A DNA stretch of 63,961 nucleotides, counting the filler, from Octopus bimaculoides (Eukaryota): assembly GCF_001194135.2 (NCBI RefSeq). It is 6 parts of 6 records of this genome, joined end to end, with 100 filler letters (N's around TTAATTAATTAA, not from the genome) between each part and the next. Parts side by side here need not be neighbours in the genome. Positions count along the whole stretch, not along the records: positions 51,363 to 55,813 come from NC_068989.1; positions 55,914 to 62,763 come from NW_026339835.1; positions 62,864 to 63,961 come from NW_026329207.1; 3 more parts are not named here. One strand, written 5' to 3'. A program made the position numbers and the translations under genes. The number at the start of each line of letters is the position of its first letter. The stretch's first letter is position 1. This document shows, in pieces, positions 53,585 through 63,961 of this stretch. A model generated the notes under the pieces. That model was not told the DNA's origin and made no database searches. It was given only the letters and a program-made list of their open reading frames with translations.

Positions 53585-54504
53585 GTATATGTATATATTA
53601 CGGAATGAAATAAACAGAAACAACAGTAGACGTTGACTGTTTAGCATTGAGAGTACAAGATATAATTTTGTAATGACGCATTGTTTTCTCTAATTATATA
53701 TTTCTATAATGATTATTTGAACATCACAAGGAATTAATTTATACGTAAGCACTCAAATGACACATTGATGTTGCAAGATTACAGAAGTAGATTATGTGAA
53801 TTAAATTGCTAAGAGAAAATAATTGTGTGGAGATAATTAGAAGGACGCACTGAGGAACACGGCTATCCTTAAACTAACGTGTCTATTCGTTCTTAATATG
53901 TATCAGTACATGAACACATACAGCATGGAATTATGTGTGTTATCAAAACGAGTCGCTTAAAATATGTACTCCAATAGCGAATAACAGCATCAATCCGATA
54001 TTCACGTTCGAATATGCCAAATACATTACTTTTCGAAAACGCACGCTGACTTGCGCATCAGTAAATAATGTTCTTGTTGATTCCAATAAATGAGAGCCAG
54101 TGCTTTGGAGAATATCATCGGTCCAAGGTAGCTTGAACGAGGTTGAAACGCCGTGGAGTTTCTAAATTGACGTCGTACACCAGTGGATCTCAGGTATTGT
54201 AAACTCAATATGCTCTTAGAAATTTTATTTACCACCACTGTATTTTAAATGAATAATATATAGTCTATTGACTGATTTTTATTCTCGCTAGACCATTGGT
54301 GGTAAATAAAATTTCAAAAAATGTTTTTGCTACCCTATAATTTATTAATAATGATAAAATTATTTGGCTAATTTCTGAAAGAAAATCGGCATTTTTTGTA
54401 TTTGTTGCCGATTAGGTAAACCGCAAATGCGCAGTAAATTTGGAAAATTAAACATATGAACATAAGCCATGCTCCCTATGACTCGTGTTCATATGTTGTC
54501 TGGT

Positions 54505-54583
54505 TATTCTGCTGATGATAATTCGACCATTGTAAGGTATATTTTTATCTTACTAAAATGACTCGAAACCATGGTACAGAATA
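54505..54583 (+). ncRNA. Minimal type I hammerhead-ribozyme-like motif
   Basis: Helix I TATTCTG/CAGAATA (7 bp), CTGATGA core, long helix II region, GAAA-C-CATG-G-TA. Confidence 0.75.
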
Positions 54584-54868
54584 TAGATTGGTAAATGTTT
54601 TTATTTTTCATTCCCTTTCGAAATTATCCCTAGTTTTGTGGTATGTAGTTTTTTGCTGCGCTTTCTAGCGGGTCANNNNNNNNNNNNNNNNNNNNNNNNN
54701 NNNNNNNNNNNNNNNNNNNNNNNNNNNNNNNNNNNNNNNNNNNNNNNNNNNNNNNNNNNNNNNNNNNNNNNNNNNNNNNNNNNNNNNNNNNNNNNNNNNN
54801 NNNNNNNNNNNNNNNNNNNNNNNNNNNNNNNNNNNNNNNNNNNNNNNNNNNNNNNNNNNNNNNNNNNN

Positions 54869-54918
<50 letters not shown>

Positions 54919-55913
54919 TGTATGTATAGGAGCAAGTTAAATGCTATGGCTGGTCATAGAGTGATCATTTGTTTCGCATAAACTCTCTACTTATGTAGAG
55001 AGGTTATACACCTTCGGCTATTTTATCGTGACCAGTGTCCTACTCTGAAACGCACTTTATGGCTGCAAAACTCTATGACTTAAAAAATATATTACTCCTC
55101 TAATACTTTAGATGTGCTTCTTTTTCGGATATATAAATTATTGATTATATATACATATATTTTTTTTTTGTTACTTCGCATGGCATAGATATAAGGGTGT
55201 AGCATATTAGGAACACGGACTCGAATCTTAAGAGACATGTTTTTCTAGCGATGCATTAAATGTTCATAAGTTCCATCTAAGCAATTACTATTATATTTCT
55301 TCTATAGCACAACGGTACAGCTCGATGCAACACCGAAGAACTGGTTCACGAATGAGTATCATTAGAATGTAGGCGGCATAACTGAATAGAAGCTTTATTT
55401 GCATATTCAAAACGCCTCCCGTAAACAAATTTACACACACACACACACATATGTTTGCTTGCATGTCTTATGTAAGTATGTATGTATGTATGTATGTATG
55501 CATATATGTATGTATGTATGTATGTATGCATGTATGTATGTATGTATGCATGTATGTATGCAAGAGCTTATATATAGATGTCTAATCTTACCTGTTCTTC
55601 TTCACATTCACGGAAGGCTACACTTTAAAAAATCAATATTATTTAGTGTATCATGTACCTCTTTGTGTTTTTCTACTATGTTACCACTAACATTTGGCAC
55701 AACAATGAGATTAATGTTTTCATTAAATGTTTTCATTAAATGAGATTAATGTTTTCATTAAATATTGCAAGCAATGTTACCAATTTTGCGTTGAAAAATA
55801 CACTTTCCACATGNNNNNNNNNNNNNNNNNNNNNNNNNNNNNNNNNNNNNNNNNNNNTTAATTAATTAANNNNNNNNNNNNNNNNNNNNNNNNNNNNNNN
55901 NNNNNNNNNNNNN

Positions 55914-55944
<31 letters not shown>

Positions 55945-56523
55945 AATATAGATACAGTTAATTCGGGAAAGTCGTATCCTCATTAGGGATTATATAATCC
56001 AAGGTGTGTAACATATATTTATGTTCTTTATTCTTTTTTTTTTTAATTTTCATTGTTCTTTCTCTGAGCTTTCAACAGGCATATATACACATATATACAT
56101 CATATCTACATATGTGTATCACATACATATTTACAAGCATACATATTTATGCATACGTTACATACATCAGACAATACATGGTATGGTGTGAAGATTTGAG
56201 GGATTGGCTGTTATTTTTGGCAAACCTGACTGCTATGTACAGAATTGCCCATGTGGCTCGTTCATTGATACATACATACTTATATACGTACATATATAAA
56301 AACATACATACATTCAAACATACATATCAACATACATACGTATGCACGTACATACATATGTATGTATATACATACATACACACATAAAAATCTGTGAAAC
56401 CAGAAATTTATCATTTAAGTATATATGAGCATGTCGAGACATGCAGCTATGTACATGGGATTATGTATACATAAAATAAAACATAAAAATCTACACACAT
56501 ACATACATACATACATACATTAA

Positions 56524-56743
56524 CCCTTTAGTATTTAAACCGGCCATATCCGGCCAAAATATTTAATCTGTTTTATGTTCAAACTGACCAGATCCAGATT
56601 CTAACACCTACCCTACAATGTTAATTCTACATTAAGTAGTTACACCATCAAGATCTTGAAGATATGAGATAATGCATGATTAATTCAAATCAATGTGAAT
56701 TAATAAGCATTATGTTTGATAGAATAATCGGAACACTAAAGGG
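56524..56743. mobile_element. 220-bp MITE with CCCTTTAG termini and TTAA target duplication (piggyBac-like). Also 18107-18326; degenerate copies at about 2256-2426, 9079-9294, 18641-18856, 19279-19500
   Basis: TTAA|CCCTTTAGT...ACTAAAGGG|TTAA at 56520-56747. The copy at 18103-18330 has the same length and TTAA flanks. Confidence 0.8.
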
Positions 56744-57003
56744 TTAAATACATACATACATTAAATACGTACATACATATATACGCTGTTGTTGATGTTG
56801 GAGCTCCAATGAAGGGACCTTAGATCTAGGTTAGAAACCGGCTCTTTCTCTATTGGCAAGAAATCTTGAAATAAAACTGAACAATGACTGCCTGGTATAC
56901 ATACATTCATTCATACATACATACATGCATACATACATACATACATACATGCATACATACATTCATACATACATACATACATACATACATACATACATAC
57001 ATA

Positions 57004-57177
57004 CACACTAATATAGCTGGTGGGGGAGGTAGGGGCAGTCTGCCCCAGGTGGCACTTTCAATGGGGCACCACTTTTAATGGGTCTGCTGTAGGCAACATG
57101 TGTTCTATGCGGGGCCAAAAAGCCACAAATAGAAGCCCCCGCCCCCCCGGGCAGCACATACTCTAGCTATGCGAGTG
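57004..57177. mobile_element. Short GC-rich MITE-like relic, hAT-like ends
   Basis: Ends cactaatatagct and agctatgcgagtg are weakly inverted; GC-rich island inside a TACA array. Confidence 0.35.
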
Positions 57178-58057
57178 TACATACATATATCCATACATAC
57201 ATACAGCAGCAGACAGTTCAGGTTGCCAGCTTGCCCAATGGCAAATGGGCCCCTGTGCCATTAGAATACATATATGGGGGCCTGTGTTAGTATCTAAGGG
57301 TCCCATCCCCTCAAGTTTGAGAATTTTTTATTCACTCCTGGAAGAATGCATTAATCATTTCAGACAGGCTGTGTTCGTAGACAGTTGAAAAGAATACTTT
57401 TAACAAAAAAAAAAAAAAAAAAGTAAATGATAGCATTGTAGTTGTGGGTGGGGCCCCCTTATGGTTGCAGGTGGGCCTTCTTGTAGTTGTGGGTGGGCCC
57501 CCTTAGTCTCCTGGCAACCAATATTTCTAGACCCAGTCCACAACTGCATACATACATATATTCAAGTCTCAGCTTGATACCTATTATTACTGAAATAGCA
57601 GGATACATACCGACCCAACTGGAGCAAAGTTTGGCTCAACTTGGGGTCTTGGGAATAGAATGCAACTCCTTAATTCATCTGTTACAAATGATCACAATAT
57701 CTGGGACTACAAAATGTCTGCAAGTTGGTTTGGAGATTTGAAGCATGATGGTTAAATATGATTCCTTCTTTTACAACTTTGCGACTGAGTCAGGGATNNN
57801 NNNNNNNTATATATATATATATATACATACATACACACATACATATGTACGTACATACATACATGTGAACATATGTACATACATACACACATACATGCAT
57901 ATGTACATACATATATACACACATACATACATGCATACATGCATACATATATGTGAACATACATACATATCAATATACATATAAACATACATACATACAA
58001 ATGCCATATGGTATCACTCATGCAACACCTACTTAACAACAGCAACAGAAATAAATA

Positions 58058-58569
58058 CAGAGTGTTCACAAAGTCTGGGTACATGGGGATTAACACATAC
58101 TTTAAGAAATTATTATTTCTTATATTTAACTAGCAGAAATACCCGGCTTTGCCCGGGTTAAAGAGAATAATGAAATCTAAAAACACTGTCTAGACTACGC
58201 AACCCTCAACNNNNNNNNNNATGTGATTGTTTCAGTTAGTGGAATAGTTTCATTTTTAAAGTGAAAGTATTTGACATGAGTGTTTTTGTTTCACTTTTGA
58301 CACGTAATACTTAAATAGTGGAGGAGATATTATGTTGCCGTGGGCTCGAACTCTGCAAGAAGTTAAATTTTTTTTTTTGACTAAAACACAACTGGAACCC
58401 TAAGTAAGGCATGTGTAAAATTTGAATGAAATTGGTTGCGTAGTTCTCGAGTTTTAGGGATTCACACAGACAGGCAGACAGACAGACACACATTCTCATT
58501 TTTATATATATAGATTGTTAATGCTATGATTTTATTTACTCCATGTACCCAGACCTTGTGGACACCCTG
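58058..58569. mobile_element. Tc1/mariner-type MITE (31-bp TIRs, TA duplication) interrupted by a Helitron
   Basis: TA|CAGAGTGTTCACAAAGTCTGGGTACATGGGG vs the right-end reverse complement CAGGGTGTCCACAAGGTCTGGGTACATGGAG (27/31), then TA. Confidence 0.88.
58130..58514 (-). mobile_element. Non-autonomous Helitron
   Basis: 5' A|TCTATATATATAAAAATGAG; 3' hairpin ACCCGG..CCGGGT then CTAG|T; inserted between A and T with no duplication. Confidence 0.9.
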
Positions 58570-58589
58570 TATATAAATGCAGGGCTTTA

Positions 58590-59540
58590 AAGTGAAGTGA
58601 GTAACATTGTACGAGTTGGCAGTTAACTCCTCAAGAAACACAGCCCCAAAAACAGCTGGGCTCTCTTATTCCAGAGAAGACCTGGATGGAAAGCACTCTA
58701 TGCATGGGTTTGTTGCCAGGAAGCTTGAAGAAGACAGTAGAATTGACACGAAGCACAGCCTCTCTTGGACACAAGGCTGCTACATCACATCACACTTTGA
58801 AGGCTGTGTGTTTACAATCCAGGAACAGGAGATTGCCACAAGGTACCTGGTGAACAGGTGAGACTGTGATGCTCTTGTAATCCCAAGGTGCAACTGTCGT
58901 GTTTCTATGGAAGACATTACGCATGTGATTAGCAGCCGTCGTAAAATGTTGTCATGGTACTATCTCCCTGTGCGACATGATGTTGTTGCTAAAACAATTT
59001 ACAATGTTCTGAAATAAACTTTGAAAATCCCTCTGTTCTGGAATACATTCATAAACACCCACTCAAGGAATACTGGTGGAATATTCCCATCAAAACTTCT
59101 GCCAAATGTAAGATTAACAGGCCGGATATTGTTGTTTGGGACAGAGGGGCAAAGGTATGTACCATCATAGAGGCCCTGCGGATATAAATATCTCTTTGAA
59201 AAGCGGTTATCTATGAACAACTGCTTCGAAACCTCCAGCTTCTATATCCAGACGATGAATTCATAGTCATACCAATAATTGGAGCAATAGATTTTGTTAA
59301 TAAATGCTTAAAGGAAAATCTGGATAAACTGGGATATTCAGAAAAAGAAATCAACCGTCTGATTCGTACATTACAAGTGCAATCTGTGAGTGGAATGGTA
59401 AAAATATGCAAGACTTTTCTCAAGTTCCAAATGTGAATTTGTCTGTGTTAATTACATCACAGAGATGGAGCCTGGTATCATTGTTGGAAACTGGCTCCCT
59501 CCTCAGTGGAAGATTTATAATAATTAAAAAAATAGAAGAG
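58590..59540 (+). mobile_element. 3' end of an RLE-type (R4/CRE/NeSL-like) non-LTR retrotransposon; ORF ends with TGA at 59436
   Basis: QEQEIATRY, zinc-knuckle remnant EDITHVIS, RHDVVAKTIY, NRPDIVVWD...IIE (restriction-like endonuclease), IPIIGA...KICKTFLKF*. Confidence 0.85.
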
Positions 59541-59619
59541 ACATACATACATACATACATACATACATACATACATACATACAAACATACATACATACAT
59601 ATATATATATACATACATA

Positions 59620-60153
59620 CCAGTGAAAACGAGAATACCTATGCTGAACTATTGAGAAATCAACAGCTACTTTATCCAGATTACAAGTTCAGGTTTATAC
59701 CTGTAATTATTGGGGCCCTGGGATATGTAACACACTGCCTAGATACTAATCTTGAGAAATTAGGTTTCTCAAAACCAGAAAGGGGAAAGCTAAATTGAGG
59801 ACTACGGATCCAGGCCTTCACTGGAACTGTAAAAAGCTTATCATTTCAGTGTATACGAGCATGTCTAGACATGCAATTATATACATGAGAATACATACAT
59901 AAAAATAATACATACATACATACATACATACATACATACATACATACATTCACAGAAACTGTGTACAGTTGTGGAAATTAGCTGCCCAGCGGATGTTAAC
60001 ATAAAGCTGAAGATCAGTGAAAAAGAGAACACCTACACTGAACTATTGAGAAATCTGCAGTTAGTCTATCCAGATTGCAAGTTCAGGTTTATACCTGTAA
60101 TTACTGGGGCTCTGGGGATATGTAACACACTGCCTAGATACCAATCTTCAGAA
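59620..60153 (+). mobile_element. Two further short RLE 3' fragments (59620-59910 and 59950-60153). Related ends at 56386-56500, 56785-56900, 57560-57795, 60295-60400
   Basis: VEISCPADVN...YTELLRNLQLVYPD.KFRFIPVI.GALG repeated; shared 3' UTR blocks. Confidence 0.8.
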
Positions 60154-60599
60154 ANNNNNNNNNNNNNNNNNNNNNNNNNNNNNNNNNNNNNNNNNNNNNN
60201 NNNNNNNNNNNNNNNNNNNNNNCGTACATACAAATTTGCATACGTACATACAAATTTGCATACGTACATACATACAGACAGACATACAAAATACCCTGTT
60301 GATGTTGAAATTTCCATGAAGGAGCCTTGGATCTATGTTAGAGACCGGCTCTTTATTGGCAAGAAATCTTGAAATAAACTGAATAATGACATACAGAGAT
60401 AATACGTTCATAAATGCATACATACACACACACACACATACATACACACATACATACATACACACATACATACACACATGCATACATACATCCATAATGT
60501 AGCCATGAATACGGTTGCAAAAACAAACTTGATTTTCAGGATGATAAATGATCTTACTCACATGACCTTTGACCTTTTATTTGTGGGCTGAACAAAAGA

Positions 60600-60840
60600 A
60601 TAAGTTCACAAAATTCATTTAAAATAATCTCATCTGTTGTCAGTACAATGCTTCAAATGCTCCGATCTTTTATCTGCTGCAGTACGCATAACATTAACTG
60701 GAAAATTCGTCGTTGCAACAAAAGCGCGCTTAAAACAATACAAATTCCCATGTGGCTTATCAGAATCCAGTTTGTAATCCAGAGGTTTCAAATCTTGACT
60801 CCCAGAGGACCAATCAGCCACCTTGGAGGACATTCATGAT
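60600..60840 (-). mobile_element. Tc1/mariner (maT/DD37D-like) transposase C-terminal fragment
   Basis: DWSSGSQDLKPLDY...FPVNVMRTAAD...LKHC matches WPSGSPDLNPLDY...FP..VVRAAID.W..RLKAC. Confidence 0.7.
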
Positions 60841-62114
60841 GTTACATAAGATACGTCCGTTGGGCTTTTGAAACAAGTGTAGTACTTCATAACCTCTTTA
60901 GTTATAGATTATATAGAGAGATGGCTGTGTGGTAAGAAGTTTGCTTCCCAGCCAAGTGGTTCCAGGTTCAGTCTACTGCGTAGCAACTTGGGCAACTGTC
61001 TTCTATCATAGCCTTGAGCCAGCCAAAGTATTGTGGGTAGATTTGTTTCAAAGAAACCTGTCGTACATGTATGTGTGTGTGTGCGCGCGCGCGTGACCCC
61101 CAACATTTATTTCTTGAAAACCTAAATCTTAGTACTTATTCTATTGACCCTTTATGCTGAACTACTAGGTTACGGGGATGCAAACACACCAACACCGGTT
61201 GTCAAACACACACACATACACACACATATGATGAACTTCTTTTACTTCTCATCTACCACATCAACAAACAAGACTTCGGTCCCAGACTCAAGACACTCGC
61301 CCAAAACGTCACACGATGGGATTGAACCAGAACTATGTGGCTTGGAAGCAAGCTTATTATCACACAGCTACACCTATGCCTATATTTGAGAGATAATCCG
61401 GTAGGATAACTTCTCCCTTTAATATTTGCACGATGTAGAAAATATACCACCAGCATTGCCCAAACGACCTCAACATTGGCTTTAACATTCATCCAAAGAT
61501 AGGACCACGAGCCATACGTCCCCAAACCAATACAGGAGATTTACGCAGAAGTGATACGATGAAGTAGTTGTATGCTGTCGACTTAATGTGACAGTCCCCT
61601 GAAGGGACTAATACTAATGTTGGTTAGACCTATGAAGCTGCACTGCTTCCTGTCGGCCTAGACACATTTCCTGTGTCCTTATGCTTACAAGGGGGAGACA
61701 GCTACTTCATCGTATCACTACTGCATAAATCTCTCTGAGGGATTTAGAAATGTATTATTTCTAAATATATATATTTGTCGTACATGTGTAATACATAAAT
61801 TATTTGGAATAATAAATCTATGAGCAATCATGTACTATTGTTCGGTTATTCTTATCTAAGGACACTGCTTCTTATCGTCAACATAATGAATAATAACGGA
61901 CCCAGTTAGATAGTGTTCACTGTTATCAGCAAATTAGTACAGACAAGCCCACGTCTGTATGGTTTAGAAGTTTGTCTTTACAAGCTTGTAGCTCTGGAGT
62001 TTGGGGATCAGTTCCACTGCATGGCAAGTTGTTTGGTGAGTAGATTTGATAGATGGAAACTGTGTGCATATATACATATATGTATATATATATATACATA
62101 TGTATATATATATG

Positions 62115-62182
<68 letters not shown>

Positions 62183-62699
62183 AGTGTATACATGTATATA
62201 TAATTATGTGGAGAATGGAGAAACAAACACAAGAAGCAAGTCAATTGGGCTAGTTAGCCATTGATTTAATTATGTGGAGATTACCTATATACATATTCAT
62301 ATACACACACATACAAACGCATACCCAGTACCAACATACACGGAACACACATGCACACACATACACCCTCATGCACACACATACAGTTGCTCCCTCACAC
62401 ACACACGCACCACAATGACAACTCAAACACAAACATACTTAGAGACACACACAAACTCACGTACACACATATAACACCCCCACCAACACACAACACAAAT
62501 AAACATACGTACACATACAGACATACATATACATATGAACCGTCACACACACATACGGTTACTTACACACACACACACACACACCACAATGGGTATTTAA
62601 AACAACACACTCACGTATACACACAGAGAGACACACACACACTCACGTATACACACACTCCCACATTCACACAAAACACTCCCACGCACACACACAGAT

Positions 62700-62763
<64 letters not shown>

Positions 62764-63529
62764 NNNNNNNNNNNNNNNNNNNNNNNNNNNNNNNNNNNNN
62801 NNNNNNNTTAATTAATTAANNNNNNNNNNNNNNNNNNNNNNNNNNNNNNNNNNNNNNNNNNNNATATATATATATATACATATACATATATATATTTACA
62901 CACACTACTTGTATACACCTACATACATAAATCCAAATATATATCTATCAGTCCGGCACTCTTCCTGTGTCTTTCACTTTCATTTTCTTTCTCTTTCCAT
63001 ATACATACATATATACATATACACACTCACACGCGTATCCACGTGTGCATATATGTATTCGTGCATATATACACTCTTGTATATATTTAAATGTAAATAT
63101 GATACCATCACTGTTCACAAGCACTTCCGTATATCACAAACTAGAGACTGCCAACAGTCAACCAGCACTATAAGTTCTCTCACTGTCCAGCTGCATTTTA
63201 TTCCTACCATATTCATTTCTACTGACCATCTGACCTCGCTGATTCCATACTACTCCAAATAGTCATCATACCCACCGTCTCTCACATCCCACTTTCTCCA
63301 AGAGTGCACTCCCTAATTTCTACTTCTTACTAGCTCACTAACTGACTAATGCTAACAAGCAATAATTAAGATTGATGAATGATTTCACCCAGTTCGCAGT
63401 ATATCGTCCTAATGAGAAGACCCACAAAAGGACGCAGGCAAATTTATTAACTTGAGAGTACTTTAAAATATATAAGTGTATATTTAATTATGTGTGTGTC
63501 ATGTATATGTTTATTACTTGGTCTTGCTT

Positions 63530-63530
63530 G

Positions 63531-63573
<43 letters not shown>

Positions 63574-63583
63574 GTCTGTTTGT

Positions 63584-63618
<35 letters not shown>

Positions 63619-63665
63619 GCTAGCTAGCTAGCTAGCTAGCTGTCTGTCTGTCTGTCTGTCTGTCT
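63530..63665. repeat. Compound tetranucleotide array (CTAT)n-(CTAG)n-(CTGT)n
   Basis: Directly visible. Confidence 0.9.
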
Positions 63666-63961
63666 ACATACATGTGGATGTACATACACATATGAACACA
63701 CACTCACATATATACATATACACATATATGTATAAAAAATATGTGAATGCTTTTGGTGGGAGTGTGTTTGTGTCTATATATATGCTATGGTACTGAGGTA
63801 GATGGGCCACCCCTGTTAACGGTGACAATACCCGAATTTAAAACACTAGATAATGATGATGGTGATGATGATGATATATACAGGGTGTGGTGAATAAACT
63901 GTCATCTAAATTTACACAAAAATGAAAATAACACTAACATCTCATTTTAACAGATATATTT

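Noticed and set aside
61580-61625. GTCCC-CTGAA-GGGAC as hammerhead helix II
   Set aside because: Neither CUGANGA nor GAAA is present in the flanks

Overview
AT-rich, microsatellite-laden animal DNA. The SINE families and composition suggest an octopus; this is an inference. The window is six assembly pieces joined by artificial 100-bp spacers (44 N + TTAATTAATTAA + 44 N), so adjacency across 22.3, 26.7, 51.3, 55.8 and 62.8 kb is not guaranteed. The only host gene I can support is the 3' part of sphingosine-1-phosphate lyase (SGPL1): eight + strand exons, 906-11767, 308 aa plus stop, all GT-AG and phase-consistent. The rest is transposon debris: tRNA-derived SINEs, 220-bp TTAA-flanked MITEs, two Helitrons, a full-length dead Tc1 (DD34E), mariner fragments, and RTE, L1/Tx1-like, Penelope-like and RLE-type retroelement fragments, plus a tRNA-Phe pseudogene. 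Most interesting: (i) four minimal type I hammerhead-ribozyme-like motifs with unrelated flanks (0.6, 26.9, 51.7, 54.5 kb), sitting in hairpin-rich units near TA repeats, consistent with Penelope pLTR or retrozyme-like elements; (ii) a cluster of RLE retrotransposon 3' ends embedded in (TACA)n; (iii) a 650-bp foldback in the last SGPL1 intron; (iv) a sharp CpG boundary 8 kb past the SGPL1 stop. All alignments, counts and folds were done by eye.
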